Of a stretch of 64,000 bases of DNA, positions 40,576-53,686 are shown in pieces. Source of the stretch: an uncultured delta proteobacterium. GTDB lineage: Bacteria > Desulfobacterota > RBG-13-43-22. Made by a program: the position numbers and the translations under genes. How positions within the stretch are numbered: the first letter of the stretch is position 1; every line of letters starts with the position of its first letter. Under the pieces are notes generated by a model. The model saw only the letters and a program-made list of their open reading frames with translations, was not told where the DNA came from and did not search any database. The stretch is from NCBI GenBank assembly GCA_963743305.1, contig CAVUPH010000024.1, positions 32,001 through 96,000 of the forward strand. Reading direction: 5' to 3'.

Positions 40576-43500
40576 TTGGAGAACTTTGATATGGGCAATT
40601 CCCATTCGACCGGTTGCCGGATTAGATCTTTTAGTTATATTCTCCTTTTCACACTGAATTCCTTTTTACTTTCCGCCCTTATCCCTTCAACTGTTCAAGG
40701 AGAATTTTCCTGGACCCAGGTAGTTACCGGCCTCAACCATACGGTGGCCCTCAGAGCCGACGGGACTCTTTGGGCCTGGGGAGGAAACAATTATGGGCAA
40801 TTGGGAGACGGAAGCACTTCCAATTCTTCTATACCTCTTCAAATTGGAAACGATACTTGGCAAGCTATTGCCGCCGGGGACTACCATACCTTAGCCATTC
40901 GTTCTGACGGGACCCTTTGGGCCTGGGGGTGGAATTATTATGGACAATTAGGGACAGGAAATAAAAACGATTCATCCCTACCGGTTCAAATCGGGACGGA
41001 CAGCGAATGGATAGCTGTAGCCGCCGGATACGGCCATTCGCTGGCCATCAAAACGATATTCGGTGGAGAAGGAAGCGGCGTCTTTACTTGGGGGAGTAAT
41101 AGTGACGGGGAACTGGGAACAGCCGGTGTGACGGAGCGGTTATCCCCCGGATTGATTGACAACAGCTTTTTCGGTGGTTCCTCGGCTATCAAACAGATTG
41201 CCGCCAACTGGACTTCCAGCTTTGCCATCGATCAATTTTCAAACTCGCTTTGGGCCTGGGGCTCCAACGTCTCCGGGCAATTAGGTCTGGGGGATACCGC
41301 GCCCAGGACCTCCCCCACCCTGGTCCCTTGGCCTTCGCCCGCCCATCCCTCCTGCTCAACCGGCTATAGCGGCTGGAACTCGGTGACTGCCGGTTACGGG
41401 AATACCCTCGGCTTGGTCAACTGCTCTGAAGGCAAATATGCCTATGGCTGGGGTGACAATACTGGGGGACAAGCCGGAGACGGCACATCAGGGACTAACC
41501 GATTAAGCCCCGTCCCTTTAACGGAGACGACTTTCCATATTTATGATGCCCTGGAAATGGCTGCCGGACAGGGCCATGCCCACGCTATCATCGGTCCCGG
41601 GGATAACCCGAAAGTCTATTCCTGGGGGATGAATGCCTTCGGCGAACTGGGGTCCGGTTCCACCACTGCGGGCCCCAATCCCGTTCCCCTCCAAACAGTT
41701 CTTCCTTCATCAGGGGCCGGGAATTGGACCAGAATTGCCTCTTATGGGAACCATGCGTTTGCCTTAAGCGACTACGGTCAGCTCTGGGGATGGGGACCTA
41801 ACCAACAAGGAAACCTGGGAATCGGTGACTTCACCAGCCCGCAACCTACGCCGCAACAGGTCTGTTCCTTTGAAGTACAATCATCGCTCATCCAGATCGG
41901 GGCCGCGGGATGCGTTTCCTGCAGCCTGATGTTGTCCGAATTCAGCTCCAATAATTGCCCCTGGACCGCCACTACCGGGGAAACCTGGATCTCTCAAATC
42001 AGCTCTTCATCCGGATCGCCTGAAACCGGATCGACTATCGAGGTTTATTTTGATGCGGATCCTAATCCCGGTCCCGGGGCCAGGACCGGCCTGATCCGGA
42101 TTGCCGGTATTAATCTGCTGGTGGAGCAGGAGGCCCCCGGCTTATTACCCCAAAAAATATCAATCGCCCCGGCCTCGCCCTTCGATTTTTCCAGTGTGGC
42201 GGTGGGTAACTCGGCGAGCCAAATCTTTAACCTCTCGAATTCAGGAGCGGTCGACCTCCTGGTAGATAGTATCGGCCTCAGCGGCGCAGCCGACTACAGC
42301 CTAAATCTGAACGGGGGGGGTACTCCCTGCGGCAGTTCCTTTCCCAGGACTTTGACTTCGGGCGCAAGCTGCACAGTGGCCGTGACCTTCCAGCCTTCCT
42401 CTCTCGGTTCAAAAACCGCGACCCTTTCGGTGCGTTCGAACGATCCCGTAATCTCGACGGCCACGGTGGCCCTCAGCGGCACCGGCACTAACGGCGCCTG
42501 TAACTGGCTGGCAGCGGTTAACGGCAACTGGAGCGAGGCGACCAAATGGTCCTGCGGCCATGCGCCGGGGACCAATGATGAGGCGATCATAACCCTTGCC
42601 GGAACCTATACGGTGACTGTTAACGCCAACACAACCGTCAGTAGTCTTACCCTTGGCGGGTCCAGCGGGACCCAGAGCCTCACAGTTTCAGGACCTCTTA
42701 CCCTGAACAATGCCAGCACCGTCGGGACCTACGGTGCACTCAATTTGAGTGGCGGCACCCTTGCGGGGAGTGGTACTCTCTCAGTCAGCGGAACGATGAA
42801 CTGGACAGGGTATGGCGGCACCATGAGCGGGCCCGGGACGACGAACATTGCTGCGGGGGGGGCCTTCAACATCGATAACGGCGGTTACCCCACCACCAGA
42901 AAGAATCTCACTTCACGGACGCTGAATATCGCCGGAACGGCGACCATTATCAACAATACGGACATGAATCTCAGCAATGCAACCATCAACAACCAAACGG
43001 GGGCGTTGTTTAGCTTCCCGAGCGACAGTGCTTTGATCAACACCAGCGGAACCAATGCCTTTAACAATGCGGGGACGGTGACCAAGAGCGCGGGGACCGG
43101 AGCATCCACCATTTCCGTGCCGTTCACCAATACCGGCACGGTGAATGCCAATAGCGGAACCTTGAGTCTCGCCCTGGCCGGTGGTGGGACGAGCATTGGA
43201 TCATTCAGCGTCGTCTCCGGGGCAACGCTTCAGTTGGCACCGAGCGGCACCCACACTCTGGGTACGGGATTGAGCCTTACGGGAGCCGGGACGATGGATT
43301 TCTATTCCGGTACGGTGACCGTCAACTGCGCCTACAATGTGACCGGCACCACCAAGGTGAGCGGCGGGACCACGACCTTCGGCAGCGGAGCCGCAGTGAG
43401 CACTGTCGGGAGCACACTCTGGGTTAATGGTGGCACGGCAAATTTCAACAACACGCAGGCCTGGACAGATCCCACCACTTTGACGATCGACGGCAGTAGT

Positions 43501-46500
43501 ACGGCCAACTTCCACAGGGGACAGGCTCTCAACATTCCCACAGTGAATGTATTTCAAGGCACCTTGGGGGGAACCGACACCCTCAATGTAAGCGGCACCC
43601 TGACCTGGGGGAGGACTAATGCGGCCGGCGGGACCATGAGCGGGCCGGGGACAACGAACATCGCTGCGGGCGCGGTTTTCAAGATCGATAACGGCGGTTA
43701 CCCCACCACCAGAAAGAATCTCACTGATAGGACCCTGAACATCGCTGGAACGACGATCTTTAGCAACAATACTGGCATCAATCTCGACAATGCAATCATC
43801 AACAACCAAACGGGGGCGTTGTTTAGCTTTTCGAGCGACAGTATTTTGTACAACTACAGCGGAACCAATGCCTTTAACAATGCCGGGACGGTAACCAAGA
43901 ACGCGGGGACCGGAGCATCCACCATTTCCGTACCGTTCACCAACACGGGCACGGTGAATGCCAACAGCGGGACACTAAGTCTCGCCCTAGCGAGTGGAGG
44001 CACTAGCAGTGGAGCTTTCAGCGTCGCCTCTGGGGCAACGCTTCAGTTGGCAGCGAACGGCACCCACACTCTGGATACGGGATTGAGTATAACGGGAGCC
44101 GGGACGGTGGATTTCTATTCCGGTACGGTGACCGTCAACTGCGCCTACAATGTGACCGGCACCACCAAGTTCAGCGGCGGGACCACGACCTTCGGCAGCG
44201 GAGCCGCAGTGAGCACTGTCGGGAGCACACTCTGGGTTAATGGTGGCACGGCAAATTTCAACAACACGCAGGCCTGGACAGATCCCACCACTTTGACGAT
44301 CGACGGCAGTAGTACGGCCAACTTCCACAGGGGACAGGCTCTCAACATTCCCACCGTGAATGTATTTCAAGGCACCTTGGGGGGAACCGACACCCTCAAT
44401 GTAAGCGGCACCCTGACCTGGGGGAGGACTAATGCAGCCGGCGGGACCATGAGCGGGCCGGGGACAACGAACATCGCTGCGGGCGCGGTTTTCAAGATCG
44501 ATAACGGCGGTTACATCGCCACCAGAAAGGACCTCACTGATAGGACCCTGAACATCGCAGGAACGACGACCTTTATCAACGGTACTCCCATTAATCTCAG
44601 GAATTCAACCATCAACAACCAAACGGGGGCGTTGTTCAGCTTCCCGAACGACGGTGCTTATTTGTACGACTACAGCGGAACCAATGCCTTTAACAATGCC
44701 GGGACGGTAACCAAGAGCGCGGGGACCGGAGCAACCACCATTGCCGTACCCTTCACCAATACCGGCACGGTGAATGCCAATAGCGGGACGCTTTCGTTCA
44801 CTAACAACTTCACGAATTCAGCCTCCGGCGAGGTCCAGGGAACAGGCACACTCAGCTTCACCGGGACAACCTTTACCAACACCGGCGCCATCAATCCCGC
44901 CACCTCAGGTACTCCCGGCAAACTTACCATCAGCGGTACGCTTCGACAAACCAGCGTGGTCAACGCCGACATCGGCGGCACTACTGCCGGCACTCAATAT
45001 GATCAGCTCGCGGTAAGCGGGGCCGCCACTCTGGGAGGAACACTCCACGTTAACCTGATCAACGGCTTCACTCCGTCTGCAGGAAACTCTTTCAAGATCC
45101 TGACGTACGGATCAAAGGCCGGGAGCTTTGGCGTGGTGAACTTACCCACTTTAACGGGCAATTCCTGGAATACGACTTATAATGCGGGATCGTTAGACCT
45201 TTCGGTTTCACAATCGACCTATACTTTGACCTACGCGGCCGGGCCCAACGGAACCATTTCGGGCACCAGTCCACAGACAATCAGCTATGGCGGCAGCGGC
45301 ACGGCGGTGACGGCGGTTCCCAATACCGGCTACCACTTCGTAAGCTGGAGTGACGGTCTGCCGGCGGCTACCCGGACCGACACCAACGTAACCGCCAATA
45401 TCTCGGTCACCGCTAATTTTGCCATCAATACTTATACCATCACTGCCTCGGCCGGACCCGGCGGGTCGATTCTCCCTTCCGGATCGATCCCGGTTAATCA
45501 CGGATCGGATCAGACTTTCACGATCACTCCTGATGCGGGATATGACATCGTGGATGTCCGGGTGGACAACGTATCGCAGGGGCTGATTGCGAGCTATACG
45601 TTTACGGGTGTTACTGCCAATCAGACGATAGAGGCGATCTTTTCGGCTTCACCGAAGGTTTTATCGGCAGTGACCAACGCGGCCGGTAACATCATAACTA
45701 TTTCATTCGACAAAGTGATGGCTGATCCCTCCAGCAAACAGGCACAGTTCAGCGTAACGGCTAACGGCTCGGTGTTGACCACAGCATCAGTTGCGCTCAA
45801 AACGGATCAGACCAAATTCGACCTGAGGCTGCAGGCACCGGTAACATTCGGCCAGTTCGTACGAATCACTTATTCGGCGGGAGACGTGCATTCAGCGGAT
45901 GGCGGAGTACTGGCGAGCTTTACGAATCTGGCCGTAGCGAATGCCGCCCATCTTCCGGCAGGCATGATCTCCAACCAGGATGGGTTAGGTTTCAGTGGGT
46001 CCATGGCGGCGAATCCTCTGGGCGCTAATATTACCATGACGGGTTATAACGGCTGGCCGGCCGGGATAACTAACATCAGGAATTACGCTTTTCAAGGAGG
46101 GGTTTTTGATGGCCAGAACCTCTGGCTGATGCCGCTGAATGCCGACAGAACCGTAAAGATAGACAAGACCAGCGGGGCCATGATCGGATACGACTCCTGG
46201 CCTGCCGGATTTACAAAAGGACTTTGGGCTTTCAATTCCGGAGCCTTCGATGGCCAGAACATCTGGATGATCCCCTATAATGCCGACCATGTCGTCAGGG
46301 TAGACAAAGACACCGGCGCCATGACGGGCTACGCTTCCTGGCCGGCGGGGATCGCCAACATCGGCAATGGGGCCTTCGCCGGTGGGGTTTTTGACAGCCG
46401 GCACTTATGGATGGCCCCATACAATGCGGACCGGGTGGTAAAAATAGACAAAGACTCCGGCGTCATGACCGGTTATAACGAATGGCCCGCAGGGTTTACC

Positions 46501-49500
46501 AAAGGCAATCAGGCTTTTGTCGGTGGAATTTTTGACGGCCAGAACATTTGGATGATCCCCTACGATGCCGACCGGGTCGTAAAGATAGACAAGGATACCG
46601 GCGTCATGACCGGCTATGCCTCTTGGCCGGCCGGGACCTCCAGCCTCGGTAACCGCGCTTTTGACAGCGGGGTCTTTGACGGCCAGAACATTTGGATGTT
46701 GCCCTATAATTCGGACAGCGTGGTAAAGATAGACAAAGACACCGGGGTCATGACCGGCTATAACTCCTGGCCTGCGGGGTTTATCAAAGGGGATCTGGCC
46801 TTTGCCGGGGGCGCCTTTGACGGCCAGAATATCTGGATGACTCCTCAGTTTGCCGACCGGGTGGTAAAGATAGACAAAGACACCGGCGCCATGACCGGCT
46901 ATAACGGCTGGCCGGTAGGGACCGCCAGCATTGGCAGCCTCGCCTTTACCGGGGGCGCCTTTGACGGCCAGAACATCTGGCTGATCCCCTGCCAGTCCGA
47001 TCGTGCGGTCAAACTGGCCACGGCTGCAGCCGTGTACAACCTGACGGTAAACAAATCCGGCAGCGGGACGGTGACGAGCAATGCTCCACATATAGAGATA
47101 AACTGCGGATCTTCGTGTTCCGCGTCTTATGATGCCGGTACATCAGTCATCTTAACAGCGGCAGCGTCAACCGGTTCTACCTTCACCGGTTGGTCCGGTG
47201 AGGGATGCAGTGGCACTGGCACCTGCACAGTGACCATGGACGCGGACAAGTCCGTTACGGCGACCTTTGCACTCAACACATATACCGTAACATTCAACGC
47301 GGGCAGCCATGGAAGTCTAAGCGGCACGACAATCCAGACGGGTATCCCTTACGGGGGCAGCGCAACGGCGGTCACGGCAGTGCCTGACATCGGGTATAGC
47401 TTCGTCAACTGGACCGGAACCGGAGGGTTTGTTACCACTGCCACGAACCCGCTTACAGTCACCAACGTGACGGCTAACCATACCATCTCCGCCACCTTCG
47501 CTTCCTGTTCTTACACCATCAGTCCAATCTCTAACAACTTTCCCGCAAGCGGGGGAACCGGGTCTGTCCAAATTTTTACCGATCCTGGTTGTTCATGGAC
47601 GGCGGCTAACAATGATCCGAGTTGGATCACCGTTACCTCTGGGACTGGAGCGGGAAACGGATCCGTCAGCTACTCGGTTGCCTCCAATTCTTATGACAAT
47701 GCCTACTATAGATCCGGGAGTATCGCCGTTGGCGGAAAAACCCACAATATTGACCAACCCCCCCTACTTCCTGGAAGTCCGACGCTCGCTTCTCCCCAAA
47801 ATGGTGCAACTGGAGTGTCCCTTTCACCCACAACGCTATCTTGGAATACAACCGAACGGGCGCTGACTTATGAACTGCATCTAGCCACTGATTCAGGCTT
47901 CACTGAAAACGTTAGAAACGTCTTCCTTGACGGCAACACCAGCACTCAGGTGGAGTTCAACGATCTATCCGATAATACCCATTACTACTGGAGAGCTCGG
48001 GCCGGGAACTCTGCAGGCGCTGGACCCTGGTCGCAAGTCAGGAATTTTTCCACAGCGGCCAGCGCTTACAGCTTGACTATCACTACCCCGAGTCATGGGA
48101 TAATTAAAAGCCTGCCGGCAGGCATCGACTGTACTTCGACGGGCGCCGGCTGTATCGGAAATTTCAACCAGGGAACCATTGTTACTCTTTCGGCTATCCC
48201 TGATCCAGGTTACTCCTTTTCCGGCTGGTCCGGCGGATGCAGCGGTCAGGCCTTGACCTGCCTGGTGACCATCGACCAGGCCAGAACGGTGACGGCCTTG
48301 TTCACCCAAGGAACCCCGGAAGTAAGCACCTGGGCCAAGGGGTTTGATCTTCAGGGACCGTCTTCGGCAATTCAAACCCAGGATGGGGGATATTTGTTAA
48401 GCGGGCACAATGCCGGAATGGTACTAATCAAATTAAATGGCACGAATATCCAAACGATAGACTGGCAACGACGATTCGGAAATTCGTACGACTCCCTCCA
48501 ATCAATTCGACAGACTTCGGATGGTGGCTTTGTAATCGGGGGGACGAGCCCTTATAATTATCAATCCCTGGGGGTTTATCATAGTTTCGTCCTCAAAATA
48601 AGCAACTCAGGGGCCCTGGAGTGGCAGAAAGTTTACGGGACCGGCAATATCACCCTTCTTAAGAGTATTCAAATTACAGCCGACGGCGGATATATAGTTA
48701 CCGGGACCAATCGGGGGGGAACTAACGTCAATCACCCCGAAGATATCTTGATTTTGAAACTAGATGCTCATGGCGAGGTGGAGTGGTCAAAATCCCTCAG
48801 TTCGGACCTCGACGAAAGAGCGTATACCGTAATTCAAACCTCAGATCGCGGATATCTGGTTGGCGGATCAAAAAACAACACCGCAGACACCAACCTATTC
48901 TATCTGGTTAAACTGCTTGAAAACGGAATGGTTGATTGGCAAAAATCATATGAGGTCAACGCCTCAGACGTCGGCGGTAATATCCGAACACTCAAGCAGA
49001 CTTCAGACGGTAACTATATCATCGCCGGGGAAAGGATTAGTTATGGAAGCGGACCGGATGCCTGGATACTGAAACTAAACCCGAGCGGCGATATAATTTG
49101 GCAAAAGAATTATCAGTTAAATAAGGATGATTACGTCGGGTCAATTGTCCAGACAACCGATGGCGGCTATCTCCTGGGCGGCTCTACTAAGCCGGAAGCT
49201 GCATCGAGTGACTTATTCGTTCTTCGTTTGAACTCGGACGGAGATCTCCTCTGGAATAAAAAAATAGACAATCTCAATAATAACAATAGTAATCTTGACA
49301 CCTTACAGGAAACCAACGACATGGGGATTCTCGTTGGAGGTATTTTTAATTTCGACCCTTCAAATCCTTTTGGGGTTCTAAAATTGGACTCTAATGGAAA
49401 TACTTGCCGGTTGTGCATCCGAAATGATTTCCGAAGTAGACGTTACCGTTACTGATACACATATAGCTCCGGTTGCAGAAAATCTTGTTTCGCAAGCTCT

Positions 49501-52120
49501 ATCCACTTCTTCTGTTGAGGTCACATTAGCCGCCTTTACCCCATCCTTGGCTGCCACAGCTATCTGCTCCGGTGGGTTTTTCGAAACCATCTCCACCCCG
49601 GCCACCCCAACCGGCGAAACAATGGCCATCACCGGGATCAGCTACACGTATAGTTCCAACGGCTCCGCTTCCTCCGCCGGACATGTCCTCCAGTACAATT
49701 TCGATTTTGGCGATGGGACCTCCAGCGGGTGGCAGGACGCCCCCTCATTCCAAAAAACCTGGACCAATTCGGGGACCTACCAGCTAACGGTCCAGGCCCG
49801 CTGCCAACTCCATTCCGTCATTCTTTCCTCTGTTTCAGCCCCCCTGGCGGTGACGGTTTCCCTCACCACCTACACCTTGATCTATACGGCGGGGACCGGC
49901 GGCTCGATCACGGGCACCAGTCCCCAGACAGTCGGTTCTGGCGCCAGCGGCTCGGCGGTATTGGCAAGTCCCAACACAGGCTACCATTTCGTTAACTGGA
50001 GCGATGGGGTCCTAACGGCCTCCCGAACTGACACAAATGTAACCGCCAATGTATCGCGGACGGCCTATTTTGCCATCAATACCTACACGATTTCCGGACG
50101 CATCACTCTCAACGGTTCCGTGCTTCCAGGGGTAACGCTCCAAGGACTCCCCGGAAACCCAGTCACAGACGCCGGAGGCAACTATTCGGCCGCCGTCTCT
50201 CACGGTTGGACGGGGACGATTAGTCCAACCCTCGCCGGGTATGTTTTCAGCCCTCCTTCGACCCTGTATGCCGGCATTTCCGCGGACCGAGGCCAGGATT
50301 ATATGGCCTTTATCGTACCACCCATTCCATCCTTAATCTCCCCGGCCAATGGGGCAAGCGGCGTTACCGCTGTCCCTGCTACGCTAAGTTGGGCGCCATC
50401 CTCAGGAGCGGACTCCTATCACCTTCAGGTAGCCACCGGTTCGGATTTCAGCGTTTCTACCTTGGTCGTAAATGCCGGACTCAGTCAAACGAGTCTCCAG
50501 CCCAACCTCCAACTCGGAACCACCTATTATTGGCGGGTCAATGCGACTAACCCTATTGCGGGGACCAGTGATTGGTCTTCGATCTGGAGTTTCACCACGA
50601 TAAAGGCAAACACTTCTACGACCTTGACCTCAAGCAATCTCAACTCAACATACGGAAATCCCGTGCTTTTAACCGGAATCGTGTCACCAAGTTCAGCAAC
50701 TGGATTCGTAACATTCAGAGAAGGTGCGGCAACGTTAAAAACAGTTGGCCTGAGCAACGGCCAAGCCGTCTTCAACCTCTCCTCTTTAACGGCGGGTACC
50801 CACTTGATTACCGCCGAATATAGTGGAGACAGCACTTACCAAGGCAGTTCTTCTCCTTCTATAGGTCAAACGGTAAACAAAGCCACTCCGGTTCTCACTT
50901 GGGCCAACCCGGCGGATATCTCTTATGGGACGGCGCTCGGTTCCGCTCAACTCAATGCCTCGGCCTCGGTACCAGGGATATTTTCCTATAGTCCAACAAC
51001 CGGGACCCTGCTGACCGTCGCTAACGGGCAGACCCTGTTGGTTAATTTCCTTCCGACGGATACCGCCAATTACACTAATGCCTCCGCCCATGTCGCCATT
51101 AACATCTTGAGGGCCACGGTCACCGTTATTCTGTCCAATCTCACCCAGACCTATGACGGCACACCCAAGGCCGTCACGGCCACGACCAATCCGCCGGGAC
51201 TAAGCGGACTTTCCATTACCTATAACGGATCGCCGCTGCCGCCCACCAACGCCGGGACCTATGCCGTGACGGCTTCTCTGGCTGATGCCCACTACCAGGC
51301 CAATCCCGCCAGCGGCCTGCTGTTGATCAACAAGGGCGACCAGACCATCCGTTTTGATCCTTTAACGGATAAAATCGATGGCGGCCCGCCTTTTTCGGTT
51401 ACCGCCACCACCACAGCCGGCCTGCCCGTGAGCTTCAGCATTGTTTCCGGTCCGGCCTCGATAACCGGCAATCGGGTAACGCTTTCCGGGGAAGGAAGGG
51501 TGACGGTCCGCGCTTCCCAATCGGGGGACGCCAACTGGAATGCCGCCCTGCCGGTGGATCGGTCTTTTACCGTCAATCCCGCCACGGTGACGATCAGCGC
51601 CTCCGCCGGGCCGAACGGGTCTATTGATCCCTCGGGGCCGGTAGCGGTAGGATTTGGAAACGATCAGTCCTTCAGCCTGACCCCAGCCGCCGGATATCAT
51701 GTTTCTGAGGTGCGAATTGACGGGGTTTCCTCCGGGCCGGTAACGACTTATACCTTCCAGGCGGTAACCGCTCCTCATAGCATAGAAGCCTTCTTTTCAA
51801 ACGAATTCAACATAACCGTAAGTAAAGAGGGAGACGGCCAATGCTTGATTAGCAGTGACCCCGAAGGATTGATTTGTGGTGAGGTGTGCAGTAAAGATTT
51901 TGCTCCCGGTAGCCGGGTGATAATTAATTTCATTCCGGAGTCGGGATCGATTCTTGCGGATGTCACCGTGGACGGCTATTCCTACGGGCCGGTACCAAGT
52001 ATTACCTTCGGCAGTATTATGGATAGCCACCAGGTCGTGGCGGTGGTGCATTCACTGACTCCAATAGTGAACTTGAATCAAAAAGTCTTTCTTCCAATAA
52101 TTGTACGGCCTGGAAATTAA
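40576..52120 (+). CDS. Giant (~3,850 aa) multidomain secreted/surface protein, apparent frameshift near 49400
   Basis: Signal peptide, RCC1 repeats, BACON-like, choice-of-anchor-D-like Ig, G/T/N-rich beta-helix-like repeats, InlB-B-like repeats, SwmB-like region, 7x47-48-aa repeat, FN3, QTxDGGY propeller; after the shift (DSNG/EILAGC) PKD-, FN3-, Ig- and MBG-like modules. Confidence 0.8.
42820..44790 (+). repeat. Intragenic tandem duplication, 813-bp period, ~2.4 copies
   Basis: aacaaccaaacgggggcgttgtt at 42988, 43801 and 44614. Confidence 0.92.
46030..47015 (+). repeat. Seven intragenic repeats alternating 48/47 aa
   Basis: WPAG..AF.GG.FDGQNIWM.P..ADRVVKIDKDTG.MTGY unit. Confidence 0.9.
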
Positions 52121-52172
52121 CTTTATGGTCAAGCGGAAAGCAGTCAATGTGATATCTTGGAGGACCTGACCA

Positions 52173-53669
52173 ATGCGGAAATTTTTCCTGTGGCTTTTGA
52201 CATCCTGCTTTCTAATTTTCACCGTTTCTACGGCCCAGTCAACTCCGCAAAATTTTCTGGATAAGGGTGTCCGGGAATATCAAAACGAGAACTACGAAGA
52301 GGCCTTGGAATCTTTTAAACAAGCTGAGCATCTTTCAGCCGATTCGACTCTGCTTTCTTATTATCTGGGGATTACCTATAAACAAACGGGAAACTATCAG
52401 GAAGCGACCAGGTACCTCCGAAAAGCCCTGGAGCTGTCGCCTCCCGCCACTCAAGCCTATCCCGAACTGGTGGAAGTCCTTTTTAACCTTAACGACCTGA
52501 CCCAGGCCAAAGAGTGGATCGTTCGGGCGGAAAAGGCGGGAGCCTACCCGGGCCTCATGGCCTTTCAAAAGGGGTTGATCCTTCAGAAGGAAGGAAAAGA
52601 TAGCGCGGCCATTGAAGCCTTCACCCGGGCCAAAGAATTGGACCACGCACTCAGGCAAAACGCCGACTTCCAGATCGCCCTCTCTCTTTCCAAAGAAAGA
52701 AAATTTTCGCAAGCCCGGGAAATATTGAAGGCCGTCATTCTCATCGACCCGACGACCGAGACCTCTTCCTACGCCCGGGAGTATGAGCAATCTCTGGCTA
52801 AGAGTCTGGCCAAATATAAAACTTGGGGAGGATCATTCGGCCTGGGCTACCAGTATGATACCAACGTAATTCTGAAGCCGGACAGCGGGATCCCGGGATC
52901 CACCATCACCGGGGAAGAGGACAGCAGCATCCTGGCAACGTTCAGGGCTTATTACAACCCCCTGCTGGAGGGCCCCTGGCTCTTTAACGCCCAATACGGC
53001 CTTTACACCAACAACTACTTTAAGACCAAGACCCACAGTTTGATCAATCAATCCCTCTCCGTCAATCCCGGCTATACGCTCCCCTGGGGAGCCGTTACGC
53101 TGCCTCTTTCCTATAGCTATGCCTGGCTGGAAGGGGTCCCCTATACCGGGGTTCTATTGGCCAAGCCTACCTTGAATATTATCACCACCCGGGGTCAGAT
53201 CGCGCAGCTTTCCGCCGGGTACGCCAAGAGAGACGTTTTCCCCGCCCCCCTGATCCCGGACGAGGACCGGGACGGCAATCTTTTTCTGGGGTCGCTGGCC
53301 TATATCGTTCCCTTCGGGGATCGGGGGATCATCAACCTCTTCTATGAATATTCACGGGACGCGACTACCGGCCAAAACTGGGATAACAGCGGCAACCGCT
53401 TCAGCCTCAACCTGCTCATTCCCCTGGCAAAAAGATTCAGTCTGAACCTGTCCGCTGAATATTTTCAGCAGGATTATACCAACACCCATACCATTTTCGG
53501 AGTCAAACGGCTGGACAAGATGTATTCAGGTATCGCCGGTCTAATCTGGGAACTCCGGAAGGACCTCAAGTTGTATCTCCAATATTACGGGGCCAAAGTG
53601 GAATCCAACATCCCGATTTATTCGTATAAGCGGAATGTCTTTACTCTAGGAACGGAATATTTGTTTTAA
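52173..53669 (+). CDS. TPR + outer-membrane beta-barrel protein (DUF560/Slam-like architecture)
   Basis: Signal peptide, TPRs (YYLGITYKQTGNYQEA), GLGYQYDTNV barrel start, C-terminal YKRNVFTLGTEYLF. Confidence 0.75.
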   Translation: MRKFFLWLLTSCFLIFTVSTAQSTPQNFLDKGVREYQNENYEEALESFKQAEHLSADSTLLSYYLGITYKQTGNYQEATRYLRKALELSPPATQAYPELVEVLFNLNDLTQAKEWIVRAEKAGAYPGLMAFQKGLILQKEGKDSAAIEAFTRAKELDHALRQNADFQIALSLSKERKFSQAREILKAVILIDPTTETSSYAREYEQSLAKSLAKYKTWGGSFGLGYQYDTNVILKPDSGIPGSTITGEEDSSILATFRAYYNPLLEGPWLFNAQYGLYTNNYFKTKTHSLINQSLSVNPGYTLPWGAVTLPLSYSYAWLEGVPYTGVLLAKPTLNIITTRGQIAQLSAGYAKRDVFPAPLIPDEDRDGNLFLGSLAYIVPFGDRGIINLFYEYSRDATTGQNWDNSGNRFSLNLLIPLAKRFSLNLSAEYFQQDYTNTHTIFGVKRLDKMYSGIAGLIWELRKDLKLYLQYYGAKVESNIPIYSYKRNVFTLGTEYLF

Positions 53670-53686
53670 CTGATTGGAGGACGGTC

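Noticed and set aside
42820-47015. Possible diversity-generating retroelement template/variable repeats
   Set aside because: All copies are in-frame coding tandem repeats, differences are not obviously adenine-restricted, and no reverse transcriptase is in the window.
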